From: Chlamydiales bacterium
GTDB taxonomy: Bacteria; Chlamydiota; Chlamydiia; Chlamydiales; JAAZZY01
NCBI GenBank assembly: GCA_965206695.1
Contig: CBDBKM010000013.1
Location: 96,001-160,000 of the forward strand
Length of the DNA stretch: 64,000 nucleotides
Direction of reading: 5' to 3'
A program made the position numbers and the translations under genes. Shown in pieces: positions 9,489-20,635 of this stretch; the first letter of the stretch is position 1; every line of letters begins with the position of its first letter. The notes beneath the pieces were generated by a model. It was not told the origin of the DNA and searched no databases. It saw only the letters and a list, made by a program, of their open reading frames with translations.

Positions 9489-10477
9489 AGCAGTTCGTTT
9501 GCTTGGCTCAAGATATCTTCCGTTTTAATGGTATTGATAGAAAAATCATTCTTATCTAAGTGATAATGATCCACTTTAGAAAAGGAGTGTAATACCTTAT
9601 TTATAGGGGTGTGAGAAACTCTGGAAATAGGTGTACAACCAAATAAGGTAATAGATGGTCGATTTAAAGCCCAAGCCATATGTGTGGGCCCTGTATCATT
9701 TCCAATAATGAGATCCATTTGAGCGATCAATGCTTTTAAAGCATTGAGGTCTAATCGAGGTAATACTTTGGCATCGGGGCTAGTAGCAGCTATCCATTCA
9801 GCGCATTTTTTCTCTTCTTCATTTCCCCAAAGCAAAAGACTGTTTTGTTTTAATTCATCTATGACATGGCAGAGCTTTTCCTTATCATAAATTCTAGAAC
9901 CCCAAGTCGCACCTAGAATAAAACAAATGTTTTTCTTATTTGAACTTATCATTTCTTGGAACTCAAAATGATCAATTCGATATCCTAAGAAAGGTTTTTT
10001 CTCAACTATCTCATCCGGTGAAATAGAAAAATTAAGACTACCGGCTACTAGATCACAATTTCGAGCGACAGTATTGAAATGATAAGGAATAGAATATCCT
10101 CGCTTATAAAAAAGCGATGAGAGTTTTTCTCTAGAGCTTTTTCGATCAAAGCCATGCGTCTGAGATCCGATTATCCGGGATACAATTGCTGATTTAATTA
10201 AACCTTGCAAGTCGATGATACAATCATAACCCTTTAGAAAGGACATTTTTAAAAATTCAGAATAGAGGAGCTTTATCGATTTTCTTTTTTTCAACTCTTT
10301 TAATCGAATAGGAATAACTTCATTGATATCTGAATTGTTCTTCAAAATATCTGAAAAAGCATCATCTGTTATCCAATCTATTATTGCATGAGGATATTGT
10401 TTTCTGGTAAACTGAAGCACGATCATACTTAGGATGATATCTCCTAAAGCGCTGAGTCTAACAATTGCAATTTTCAT
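9446..10477 (-). CDS. waaC: lipopolysaccharide heptosyltransferase I (GT9)
   Basis: MKIAIVRLSALGDII, IDLQGLIKSA and IGNDTGPTHMAWAL motifs; 3' end overlaps mnmA by 43 bp. Confidence 0.88.
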   Translation of the reverse strand: MKIAIVRLSALGDIILSMIVLQFTRKQYPHAIIDWITDDAFSDILKNNSDINEVIPIRLKELKKRKSIKLLYSEFLKMSFLKGYDCIIDLQGLIKSAIVSRIIGSQTHGFDRKSSREKLSSLFYKRGYSIPYHFNTVARNCDLVAGSLNFSISPDEIVEKKPFLGYRIDHFEFQEMISSNKKNICFILGATWGSRIYDKEKLCHVIDELKQNSLLLWGNEEEKKCAEWIAATSPDAKVLPRLDLNALKALIAQMDLIIGNDTGPTHMAWALNRPSITLFGCTPISRVSHTPINKVLHSFSKVDHYHLDKNDFSINTIKTEDILSQANELLYSIQPPAKTESLS

Positions 10478-10479
10478 AA

Positions 10480-11337
10480 TCAAAAGATTTCATTTAAAGC
10501 ATCTTGAAAATATACGGATAAAGGAGCGACAGTCTCCATTTCTTTCCCGGTGATAGGATGTTGAAAAGCTATTTTATGAGCATGCAAATAGAAATTGGAA
10601 CAAGGGTATTGACATTGAAAAGTACTGGTATAACGATAGTCTCCTATTAAGGGATGTCCCATACTCTTCATATGAACCCTAATCTGGTGTGTTCTTCCTG
10701 TTTCAGGTGAACAACTAAGAAGAGAGCAGTCCCTTCCCTTACGCAGGCGTTCCCAAGTTGTTCTTGCAGACAACCCTTGATCCACCGTATCCCAAACAGC
10801 TTCTCCTTTGCTATCTAAACCCCTAACCATATCATCACTGATAGTCCCATTAAGTCGTTTGACTTCTTTATCGACTATTGTGATATAAATCTTTTTTACT
10901 TTTCTTCTTTTAAAAAGATCTGCCATAGCATCCAATGTTTTCTCATCTTTGGCCAATATCAAGATGCCGCTGGTATGTCGATCTAGCCTATGACATAACA
11001 ACCACCTTTCTTTAAAAAACTTATTTATAAATTTCGGCTCACATAAAAACCCTGTCGGCTTATTATATAAGATAAGGTAACTATCTTCATAAAGAATATC
11101 TTTTTTATCAAAGACCAAGGATTTAGCTACTATACCTTGTTCATCTAAACAAACCTTATCCCCTTTTCCTAAAAGACTTTTTTTCATTCGCTCAGGATGA
11201 CCGTTTACTTGACAAAGGTTCTGATCCAGCGCCCAATCAATCTGCTTAACAGTCAAATGAGGATTTTTTTTCTTAAGAAAGGCTTTTAAGGACAATCCCG
11301 TATCTTCTAAATCAATAATCCAAACTTTAGTACTCAA
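10480..11337 (-). CDS. RluA-family pseudouridine synthase
   Basis: NKPTG, HRLDRHTSG, TGRTHQIRVH and GHPLIGD motifs. Confidence 0.93.
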   Translation of the reverse strand: MSTKVWIIDLEDTGLSLKAFLKKKNPHLTVKQIDWALDQNLCQVNGHPERMKKSLLGKGDKVCLDEQGIVAKSLVFDKKDILYEDSYLILYNKPTGFLCEPKFINKFFKERWLLCHRLDRHTSGILILAKDEKTLDAMADLFKRRKVKKIYITIVDKEVKRLNGTISDDMVRGLDSKGEAVWDTVDQGLSARTTWERLRKGRDCSLLSCSPETGRTHQIRVHMKSMGHPLIGDYRYTSTFQCQYPCSNFYLHAHKIAFQHPITGKEMETVAPLSVYFQDALNEIF

Positions 11338-12967
11338 ATTTTTTAACCCTTCCTAAAAGAATATCTATGGCTGCAAGCTCAGCTTCAGGCTTATCTTCCG
11401 GCATGAAAATGCACGTTTTCACCCTTTCAATGATCTTATCAGCATAAGGCCTTTCAAAGAAAATAACCACAACTTCTGTCCCTAAAAGAGTAAACTGCTT
11501 TATAAAATCGACTATTTTATTAAAGAGTTCATCATTATGAGATCTGATAGCAAGTACGACAGGAAAAGATCCAAGTTCTTTAATAAAAGATTTGATAATT
11601 CCCTTATCTTTTAAAAAAGTTGTTGATAATTCCAAAACCTTTACTTGAGTTGTAAAACTTCTTGAAATTTCATCATAGGCCAGATGTGAATGTCTACCTA
11701 TATGGATATATGCCGGGCATGGAATGAAAGATATCTTCAAGGGTAAGCTATATTTTTCTTCCTTTATAACAAAAGCTGTTTCTTCATAAATACGTCGTTT
11801 CAGTAACCTTGCTTTTTTTGTATTTAAGCTATCATATGTAACTGAGCAAGGAATTGAAATTTTATGAGATAAACCGAACAATTGTTTTATATATAATATT
11901 TTCATCACCTTCTTATTCAAACGGTCTATACTGAATCGATTATGAAGCACTTCATGTGTTATAAACTCAATGAGCTCAGTAATATCTCCTTCAACTAAAA
12001 TGCTATCAAAATCATTTTTGAGACATCGCATCGTCATACGTCCAATTAAATCTAAGGGTTTTTCTTTTAATAATCTTAAATCAGCAACCGTCCATTTATG
12101 GATTTTAAAAGCAGGTAGTAATCTACAGCTTAATTTACCCCAAGGCATGGTGACACCATGATTATTCAATCCAAGTGTCTTCATAGGATTTCTAATGACA
12201 TTATCCATTTCATAACAATTCGGAGTATCGGAATTTAATGAATATAAAATGCCTAATCCGGAACTCGCACATCCTCTTAAATATTGTGTCAATACACGTT
12301 TTTCATGATGATCTTGTATAGATAAAAATACGGTTGTTAAACCTGACTTTAAACATCTTTTTCCCATCTCTAAGCCGGCTTGATATAAAAGAACAGGATC
12401 TTTAACTCTACAAAGGGTTTCTTTCCCGGGCATTGAAATAAAATGATCTAAACCCATCTGCCAGTTATTCAACGTCTCATGCCCTGATATTAAGGGAATT
12501 TGACTAAGTTTTTGATATTGATTAATCCGATATAGCTGATGTAGAACATCTCCGGCATGAAAAACTAATCCTCCTATTCCGTGATGTTGCATAAACATGC
12601 GCACTAATGAATCTTCCGGATCATCCCAAGAGGCTGTGATAGATAATAAAAAAAGTTGAGCTATTTTCTTTTTTAAAGAGACAAGTGAACGGAAATGTTT
12701 TTTTGCCCATTCCTCTCTTTTTCGCATAGATATGGGCCATTTAACTTGAACATATCCGTGATCAATGTTTTTGTCATTGGTCCTCTGATACTGTTTTTTT
12801 AAATCAAAAAAAGTCGCACAATCATCTCTTTTATATCGATACCATTTCCTGCCGCCAAAATAAGTATTAATTAGTCCCTGCTTTATTTTATGATCGTTAT
12901 AAGCGCTTTCTTTCTTAGATCCTTCTGAGAAGGGATTAACCCCTTCAGGTGGTTTGATAGCCATCAA
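11327..12967 (-). CDS. degenerate glycoside hydrolase family 3 (NagZ-like) protein
   Basis: SLKKKIAQLF...GIGGLVF...INQYQKLSQIPL N-terminal pattern and C-terminal IDILLG pattern; no KHFPGHG motif seen. Confidence 0.6.
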   Translation of the reverse strand: MMAIKPPEGVNPFSEGSKKESAYNDHKIKQGLINTYFGGRKWYRYKRDDCATFFDLKKQYQRTNDKNIDHGYVQVKWPISMRKREEWAKKHFRSLVSLKKKIAQLFLLSITASWDDPEDSLVRMFMQHHGIGGLVFHAGDVLHQLYRINQYQKLSQIPLISGHETLNNWQMGLDHFISMPGKETLCRVKDPVLLYQAGLEMGKRCLKSGLTTVFLSIQDHHEKRVLTQYLRGCASSGLGILYSLNSDTPNCYEMDNVIRNPMKTLGLNNHGVTMPWGKLSCRLLPAFKIHKWTVADLRLLKEKPLDLIGRMTMRCLKNDFDSILVEGDITELIEFITHEVLHNRFSIDRLNKKVMKILYIKQLFGLSHKISIPCSVTYDSLNTKKARLLKRRIYEETAFVIKEEKYSLPLKISFIPCPAYIHIGRHSHLAYDEISRSFTTQVKVLELSTTFLKDKGIIKSFIKELGSFPVVLAIRSHNDELFNKIVDFIKQFTLLGTEVVVIFFERPYADKIIERVKTCIFMPEDKPEAELAAIDILLGRVKKFEY

Positions 12968-13325
12968 ATCATCAACTTTAAAAAAAATTATATTAACTTT
13001 ATATATTCTTTATAAAAGTATCAATTTGTTTTATTGAAAATTAATTCCTAAGAAATTTTAAAAGTCATAAATTACTTTAATTATAGTTTAAGCGTCTGAA
13101 TATCACTTCTTTAATGAAAAGCTAGTTCGATATTAGCAAATTAAATTACACTAAATATTCGTTAAAATAAAGAATTAGTGTTACACCTAATGATTAACCG
13201 TTCGCTTAGTTAATAAATTTAAAAATACACTTAATTAATCATTAAGTGACTAAATATAAGGGAAATATGGGTTTATTTCTAAGTGCTTTCGGGCTTGATC
13301 TGACATACTCCCATGACTAAGGTCC

Positions 13326-13760
13326 TTGTCATTACCCATATTTTTTGAAATATTTAATGACGAAGGGGTTGTTTTATTTATTCAAGATACAACTCCGGTA
13401 GATTACGGTAGCCATAACCATACAACGGGGTTAGGTCCAATCGGTAATAATCAAGGTAGAGGTTTTTTATTGCATACAGCTTTAGCTGTCATACCTCGAC
13501 AACATAATCCTGAAATTCTAGGGATTGCTATGCAAGAGGCATGGAAAAGAGAAGATTAAGTACACAAGGGCAACGAGACAAAGCATCAAAGAAGACAACG
13601 AAAAGACGGAAGGAGATATTTGGGAAAAAACTGTGATGAGAATAGATACAAGGCCAAGTTGTCCTCAGACTCCTCTTTGGGTCAGTGTGGAAGATAAAGG
13701 GAATGATATTTTTGATTTTTTTCTTTCTTCGAAAGAATACAACCGGTTTTATCTTATTAA
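13326..13760 (+). mobile_element. IS4-family (IS50/Tn5-like) transposase remnant, frameshifted
   Basis: LFIQDTT, GLGPIG and GFLLHTALAV motifs; cut off by the MITE at 13761. Confidence 0.8.
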
Positions 13761-13877
13761 AGACCTCTGCATAACTTATTGATTTAGTCCTCGATTTGTC
13801 AAAAATATATTTATAATGTCTTTAACTTACATCTGAAGGTTCAATTGTGATTAAAAATCTAAGTTATGCAAAGGTCT
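13761..13877. mobile_element. MITE family A, copy 1 (IS5-like ends)
   Basis: Terminal inverted repeats AGACCTCTGCATAACTTA / TAAGTTATGCAAAGGTCT; near-identical copy at 26072-26187. Confidence 0.85.
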
Positions 13878-14025
13878 TTTGGTAATAGATTTCGATCTTG
13901 CCCGCTTAAGTTGTTAATAAATTAACGCCCGGTTATTTATTAAATATTTTTTTAATACAAACTTAACAAATAGGGCGTATAATGTATATTATATTAAAAT
14001 ATAATTGTAAATATAAGGATATATT

Positions 14026-14481
14026 ATGATTTCTTCTAATACCGTTTCTAATAGTAGGCAACAACAATCTCCGTCGCTTCTTCCTAATCATGAGGAATCA
14101 AGCCCAACAACTGTTGACCCGGATTCCGTTGTTTCAGTAGCTATTAACGCTTTACCGGAGGAGCGGACGGACGGCACAGGAGCCCCTCCAACACCTAATC
14201 AATTCGGTGAAGCAATGGAAGTTAGCACTTCATCAGGGGTGCAGGTGGCCGGCACAGGAGCCGCGGCACCTAATACTCGATTCTCTGAGCTAATGGCACT
14301 CATGAATTCGAGCATAAGCAACACCTATGATAGAGACGTAAGGGATAGGATAGCTGAGGAAACTCTCGCAAGGAATGCTCGAAACGAAGAAATTTGGGAC
14401 CGTGTTCAGGAAGACCTTATAAGACCTACAAGACCGCTTCGAAATGCATCTTGTGGCAAAAAAGAAGCGCGTCAACCTTAA
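14026..14481 (+). CDS. hypothetical S/P/T-rich protein with an internal repeat (effector-like)
   Basis: AAGGA ribosome-binding site; duplicated GTGA..P..F.E.M unit. Confidence 0.65.
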   Translation: MISSNTVSNSRQQQSPSLLPNHEESSPTTVDPDSVVSVAINALPEERTDGTGAPPTPNQFGEAMEVSTSSGVQVAGTGAAAPNTRFSELMALMNSSISNTYDRDVRDRIAEETLARNARNEEIWDRVQEDLIRPTRPLRNASCGKKEARQP

Positions 14482-14549
14482 CCTGCAACCAAAATATTTT
14501 TCATATTTAAGGTAATAGCGGGCTTTATCTTAATTGCCTACTCACGCAC

Positions 14550-15480
14550 TATAGTCATTTAATTTTACATTGATAAAATTGCTTAATCAATAGCGAATGT
14601 AACATTCGTAACTTTTCGCACTATCTCTCTAACCTTATTTTTCATATTAGCCCAATATTTTTCTATAGGAGTTAAGTCCGGAGAATAAGGCGGAAGAAAC
14701 ATAAGCTTACAATCGGCAGATTCTACTATTTTTCTGCTTTTCCGCTGACTTGTGAAAGCCGGCATTGTCAAGAATAAGAATACTACCGGGTATAAGCTGA
14801 GGAGTCAAATCCCCTTAAGCCAAATATTGAATAACCCGGTATCACAAGTACCTTCAAAACACATGGGAGATAAAAACTGCCCTGTAGACAGGGCTGAAAT
14901 AATATTCTACCTTACAAAACGGTTTCCTGAAACCGCTTCAAAAACTTTTTTACCGCGTAAGCTTCTTCCGGGCTCACGAAATAAAAATTGATGAATCCCG
15001 GTTTCATCGAGATAAATCCTCTTGTCAAAGGGAATATTTTCTAAATTTTTCATAAAAGCTTCCCGTTTCTTTTCATCTCTTTCCTTATAGCGAGTAGTCT
15101 TTTTTGTCGTATAATCTTTTAAGGGCATAAAAAATCGTTTGTGGAGTGACTGAAAAATAATGAGCAATTTCCGATAAAAAATAATCCGGATGTTGTTCTA
15201 CATATTTAGATAACAACTCATCATCTAATTTCTTATAAGCATACTTTCTACGGATTGGTTTTAAATGTCCTTTTTGTTTTTTTGCAATCCCCATCTAGAT
15301 ACTGTTGCGATACCTACTTGAAAAATATGGCCGGCCGCTTTCTTGTCATGATGCTTTTCTATATATTGTCATACTTTCTCTCGAAGATCTACTGAATAGA
15401 CTCTAGACATTGTTTTATCCTTACTATCCGTATAAAAAGAGAAGGATAACATATTATCAAATAAAAATTAAAGTACTATA
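14550..15480 (-). mobile_element. IS630 type a, degenerate inverted copy
   Basis: Same ends and sequence as 19633-20571, with many frameshifts and stops. Confidence 0.92.
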
Positions 15481-15972
15481 TATCCTTGCTGATCATTGGT
15501 TTGGATCGAAAAAACAGGGAGCTTATTCAATATGAAACAGATAAGAAATGTATTTTAGGTATGAAGTCAAATAGACTAGTCGCTTTTTCAAAAAGAGATA
15601 GCTTGGCTTAAACATGTATCTTTTCCTGTTGCTTTAATAGAAAAAGTCGTCATAAACGAAGATGGTGCATCAGGACCCCCGGACCTTGTAAGCAATAACT
15701 GAGATCATAAAAAAAGGTGGAAAATAGAAGAGTACCATAAATCTATTAAGCAAAATACAAGTCTTGCAAAATCACCTACCAAGATTGAGAGATCTCAAAA
15801 AAAATCATATTTTTACAGCTTTTGTTGCTTATTGCAAGCCGGAATTATTAAAAATTAAGACCTGCTTAAATCATTTTGCTCTTAAATATAAATGGTTACT
15901 CAAGGCAAATCAGGTAACCTTTTATGAACTGAAAAAATGACATGCTACTTGATTTTGCTTAAGATGAGTTAT
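15481..15972 (+). mobile_element. IS701-family 3' remnant
   Basis: ILADHWFGS and KKRWKIEEYHKSIKQNTSLAKSPT motifs; ends in TAAGATGAGT; related copy at 20636-20871. Confidence 0.75.
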
Positions 15973-16266
15973 TTAACTCAAAAGTTAAAGAGTTTAAGTG
16001 ATATTTCCCTGCCAATAATATAAGCCTTATTTATATAATTTAACCAATATCAATTATATATTTTTTTGAATTATATAAGCACCGTATTATCAGTCGCTTA
16101 GACAAGATGAAAGATATTAAATAATTAAACTAAAAAAATAACCCTTGTCACCAATAACAAAATAATACATTACATGGGATTAAAGTTAAATAGTCGCTTA
16201 TTTAAGATATTTATAAAGATTTCTTTTATATTAAGCAATCTTTATATGGCACAGTTTAAAAAACTA

Positions 16267-16295
16267 TTGACGCATCTCGTAAAGTAAATTATAAT
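16267..16295 (+). promoter_or_regulatory. sigma70-type promoter
   Basis: TTGACG-17 bp-TATAAT upstream of the ORF at 16345. Confidence 0.65.
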
Positions 16296-16344
16296 TTTTA
16301 TTGGCAGATAGTATAAATTAATAAAAATATAGGAGAATCTAAAA

Positions 16345-16626
16345 ATGAGCAAGGATAGCAACTTAAAACAAATCGAGCTTTTAGAGCTTTTTGAGCAATT
16401 TCTTTTTTCTGAAGATAAAGAACCCTTCTTTCAAATAGCTTCCTCAATTTTAGAAAATTTAGATGCTAATAGTCAAATTGAAGCAGCTAAATTGCTTCTA
16501 ACAGAAGAACATGCTACCTACATCCGGCCTCTTTTAAAAATGCTTGAAGAAAATAGCGTTGTTTTTATCTTTAAAGACTTTTTGTCTGAACAAGCTCTTG
16601 TTCCCATTAAGAAACTGTATAGGTAG
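16345..16626 (+). CDS. hypothetical protein
   Basis: AGGAG ribosome-binding site, consensus promoter, 93 aa. Confidence 0.7.
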   Translation: MSKDSNLKQIELLELFEQFLFSEDKEPFFQIASSILENLDANSQIEAAKLLLTEEHATYIRPLLKMLEENSVVFIFKDFLSEQALVPIKKLYR

Positions 16627-17377
16627 TCCTATACAGGGAAAGAATAATCGCTGCTGCTTGCGATACATTTAACGACGAGATTTTTCCATTTATTGGAATT
16701 TGTAAGTGAAAATCTGCATGTCGACAAATACTGGTTTGTAAACCTTGATTTTCTGAGCCCATGATTAATACCGTTCGCTCCGGGAATGAAAATTTAAATG
16801 CGTTCTCAGCCCCTTTTCTAGCATAAACCGCGACTATCCAGAATCCTTCTTTTTTCAATTTAAGCACTGCATCTACTAAATTAGAGACTCGTACTAAAGA
16901 CAACAATTCAGAAGCTCCAACACTCGCTTTAGTAACAACAGGCGTAATATCTGTGCCTCTATTTTTCGACCAAATAATCCCATCAACACCAAAACACTCG
17001 CTCGAACGCAAGATAGATCCGAAATTTTGAGGGTCCTGCATGGAATCAAGGATCATCAGTAAACTTGCCGATTGATTTTTTTGTTTTTCAATCAGTTCAC
17101 TGAGAGAAAGACTATTGCGGCCTTTAACTAAACCGGCAAACCCCTGATGTGACTCCGAATTCAATAAAGAGGACAACTCTGATTTTTTTAAGTATCGAAT
17201 TGAAATATTCTTTTTCTCTAATAACCGAATTAATTCATCACGTCTTTTTTCAGGAGTATCGGATGCCTGAACAAAAACCTTTAAAAGTGAACTCGCTTTA
17301 TGTTTTAAAACCTCTTCTAAACAATTACGTCCCATAACTAATAAAGAAGAAGAAAGACGATTTTTTATTTTTTTCAT
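16607..17377 (-). CDS. rlmB: 23S rRNA Gm2251 methyltransferase (TrmH/SpoU family)
   Basis: HQG, LDSMQDPQNFGSILRS, KASVGA, MGSE and SLNVSQA motifs. Confidence 0.9.
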   Translation of the reverse strand: MKKIKNRLSSSLLVMGRNCLEEVLKHKASSLLKVFVQASDTPEKRRDELIRLLEKKNISIRYLKKSELSSLLNSESHQGFAGLVKGRNSLSLSELIEKQKNQSASLLMILDSMQDPQNFGSILRSSECFGVDGIIWSKNRGTDITPVVTKASVGASELLSLVRVSNLVDAVLKLKKEGFWIVAVYARKGAENAFKFSFPERTVLIMGSENQGLQTSICRHADFHLQIPINGKISSLNVSQAAAIILSLYRTTYTVS

Positions 17378-17766
17378 ACTAAATCTTGTTTAAGATTTGA
17401 TCATTTAAACCCAATAAAACCGGTGCTGATTTGAATAACATTGAGTGCATTGTTCTTGAGCATCGTTATAATAAGCATCTAAGTAAGAATCTGATAGGAA
17501 AGTTTCAACTAGCCCTGATACAGTTAAAACCCCACCTGTAATTTTAGATTCTCTATCCTCTTCAGTTAAAAGACTAAAAACATAAAGGCCATACCAATAG
17601 ATGCAACTGTTCCTTGAAGTCCTATATTAAAAGCCGGATAACATTTATCTTCATAACACGATTGAGAGCCCGTACCTTTTGAAAACCTTTACATCTATAC
17701 TACCCTTGTTTTGAAATATTAAATATAGAATGAGATGTTAAAGATTAGATAAATGAAAAGAACCGG

Positions 17767-18564
17767 TCAATCATCTATTTTCAATAATATCTCAGCTTCT
17801 TCATCAGTTAAAATTTTATCTATATAGTTTAACTGAAGATTAGCGATCCGATCATCATATTTATTATTGTAGATATCCATTGCAGTATAATGAATCCCCA
17901 CAAAAGGAATAGATATTTCCTTTAATTTTGCGCTCATATTTTCTATATGATCTATCCTATCATCAATAAAAATCACATGAGGAGGAACTATGTTAACAAT
18001 GGAAAGGAGAGAGTGAAAACTCTCTCCTTTAGTACTCGGTCCACAAAATAAAATACCGTTAACAAAGCGACAATAACTATTAAGTCGAGTAACTTTATCG
18101 GTATTAATAAAAGAAGAGAAGGGCAAATCAAAGCTTAGAGATTGAAACTGCTTATAAGTTAGCATTTCTAAACCCACAGAGCGAGATGTTAATCCCATGA
18201 TATCCATTTTCTTGCCTTGTAAATCAGCTAAAATAGAAGGCGTTTTCTTCTCTACCCATTTAACATCGGTAAGATATTGCACTTTTTGCCACAAATGATG
18301 CGCATGCAAATTAGCTAATTTCTCATGATAGCCTTTTAATAAAAAACTATTGTATAGTTTTTTTTCCCAATATTCAGTTCCAATCATTTGACAAGGACTT
18401 ATCAACGTATTGTCAATATCAAAAATAATTAAGGTGTTTGAATGAATATATTTGAAAAGATCAGAAATATCCTTACTTTCAATGATTACATTTGTCATGT
18501 GCAGAATAAGAACCCTAAGTAATAAAGGAGTTAGATTGTGGGATGTGTTGGACTTAACAAGCAA
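17767..18564 (-). CDS. DUF2608-like HAD-superfamily protein
   Basis: IIFDIDNTLI, GLTSR, GILFC...KG and IFIDD motifs; true start may be the Met near 18498. Confidence 0.75.
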   Translation of the reverse strand: MLVKSNTSHNLTPLLLRVLILHMTNVIIESKDISDLFKYIHSNTLIIFDIDNTLISPCQMIGTEYWEKKLYNSFLLKGYHEKLANLHAHHLWQKVQYLTDVKWVEKKTPSILADLQGKKMDIMGLTSRSVGLEMLTYKQFQSLSFDLPFSSFINTDKVTRLNSYCRFVNGILFCGPSTKGESFHSLLSIVNIVPPHVIFIDDRIDHIENMSAKLKEISIPFVGIHYTAMDIYNNKYDDRIANLQLNYIDKILTDEEAEILLKIDD

Positions 18565-18938
18565 TTTAACATAGTGTCTAAATCTTCAGCAAGTAATTGA
18601 AGATCTGCTTGTTTTATTTTTGGATTTGTTTCTTGGTCTAAGGTCGTTAATACAGCTTTTGCGCCATCCCACACAGTGTCAAAAGAAGGAAATCCATCAG
18701 AACGAGCTTGTCTGTTTAAAGCTGTCTTATTATCCGTGTTCTTTAAGAAATTCTGTAGTTCAAATACATATTTACTGTAGTCTTGCTTAAAATTATCAAC
18801 TATTGTTGCCAATTTAGCGACTAGTTCTTTACTGTTTTTTTCGCTATTCGCAAATGTATCGTTCACCTTATACTCACTTAAAGCGTATTGTGGACACGTA
18901 TGCATTATCCTAGTCATGATCTTTCTCCCAATAGACAT
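18531..18938 (-). CDS. hypothetical protein
   Basis: 135-aa ORF co-oriented with its neighbours. Confidence 0.6.
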   Translation of the reverse strand: MSIGRKIMTRIMHTCPQYALSEYKVNDTFANSEKNSKELVAKLATIVDNFKQDYSKYVFELQNFLKNTDNKTALNRQARSDGFPSFDTVWDGAKAVLTTLDQETNPKIKQADLQLLAEDLDTMLNCLLSPTHPTI

Positions 18939-18956
18939 CTCATCCGATTTCGGTTA

Positions 18957-19202
18957 TTACCCATTCTTTTCATTTTCTACACTCAAAGAATGGTACGGTT
19001 CATAAGAATTTTTACGCCATGGATTAGGCCTTCTAGAGATCTTAGTCAAATCATTTATGAAAGAATCATCTATTAGCAACTGATCTAAAATATCATTCTT
19101 ACCGATATCAATTTGATCAAGATGAGGGTCTAACGCTACCTTGTAAAATTCTTCTTCTTCAATAAGAGCCTCTTCTAACGAAGATAAGTTTCCGGAGACC
19201 AT
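18957..19202 (-). CDS. hypothetical acidic protein
   Basis: AGGAG ribosome-binding site upstream; 81 aa. Confidence 0.55.
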   Translation of the reverse strand: MVSGNLSSLEEALIEEEEFYKVALDPHLDQIDIGKNDILDQLLIDDSFINDLTKISRRPNPWRKNSYEPYHSLSVENEKNG

Positions 19203-19632
19203 GATCTACACTCCTTGTTTTCAAAAATGGCAAAGTGAAATCGAACGTACACGATAAAAAGATATAGGGTCAAATATTTTTTTTAAAAAAAAGGATATGA
19301 ACAACATATTTAAAGTTAAAATATTGGTTTTTACCGATTAAGGATTTTAAAAAAAATGATTGTGGAAAATATAGCTCTGAGGCCTATGAGAAACCGTTTT
19401 TTAAACAACTATTTATTTTTATAAAAAACAAAAACACCAAAATTCAAAGTAATTAGATCTTAATATAACTACGAATTTAATAACTAAGTTTATAATGACT
19501 TTAGATGTAACAACGCTTTTCTCTAACAAGAATAAAAACAACTTTCTATTTCAGCTCATCTTTTTATAAAATAAAGACTTTCAATAAGCCTTACTTCTTT
19601 AAAAAATGGCTATTTGAGACCCAAAACAGCTC

Positions 19633-20571
19633 TATAGTACTTTAATTTTTATTTGATAATATGTTATCCTTCTTTTTTTATACAAACAATAAGGACAAAA
19701 CAATGCCTAGAGCCTATTCAGTAGATCTCCGAGAGAAAGTATTACAACATATAGAAAAACATCATGATAAAAAAACAGCCGGCCATATTTTTCAAGTAGG
19801 TATCGCAACAATATATCGATGGATCTTGCAAAAAAAGCAAAAAGGACATTTAAAGCCAATCCGCAGAAAATATGCTTATAAGAAATTAGATGATGAGTTG
19901 TTATCTAAATATGTAGAAAAACATCCGGATTATTTTTTATCGGAAATTGCTGATTATTTTTCAGTCACTCCGCAAACGATTTTTTATGCCCTTAAAAGAT
20001 TAAAAATTACACGAAAAAAAAAACTACTCGCTATAAGGAAAGAGATGAAAAGAAACGGGAAGCTTTTATGAAAGATTTAAAAAATATTCCCTTTGACAAG
20101 AGAATTTATCTCGATGAAACCGGGATTCATCAATTTTTATTTCGTGAGTCCGGAAGAAGCTTACGCGGCAAAAAAGTTTTTGGAGCGGTTTCAGGAAACC
20201 GCTTTATAAGGCAAAATATTATTTCAGCCCTATCTAAAGGGCAGTTTTTGTCTCCAATGTGTTTTGAAGGTACTTGTAATACCGGGTTATTCAATATTTG
20301 GCTTAAGGAAGTTTTGACTCCTCAGCTTACACCCGGTAGTGTTCTTATTCTTGACAATGCCGGTTTTCACAAGTCAGCGGAAAGCAGGAAAATAGTAGAA
20401 TCTGCCGGTTGTAAGCTTATGTTTCTTCCTCCATATTCTCCGGACTTAAATCCTATAGAAAAATATTGGGCTAATATGAAAAATAAAGTTAGAGAGATAT
20501 TACGAAAAGTTACGAATTTTAAATTCGCCATTGATCAAGCAATCTTATCAATGTAAAATTAAATGACTATA
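19633..20571 (+). mobile_element. IS630 type a, full copy (orfA/orfB joined by an A10 slippery run)
   Basis: 939 bp including flanking TA; HTH orfA; orfB with YLDETG, ILDNA and LPPYSPDLNPIE. Confidence 0.97.
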
Positions 20572-20635
20572 ACGGTAAGTCTTTATTTTAATTTTCAAAT
20601 ATGAAATCATTCGCTTTCTAATAACGTGCGAAGAA

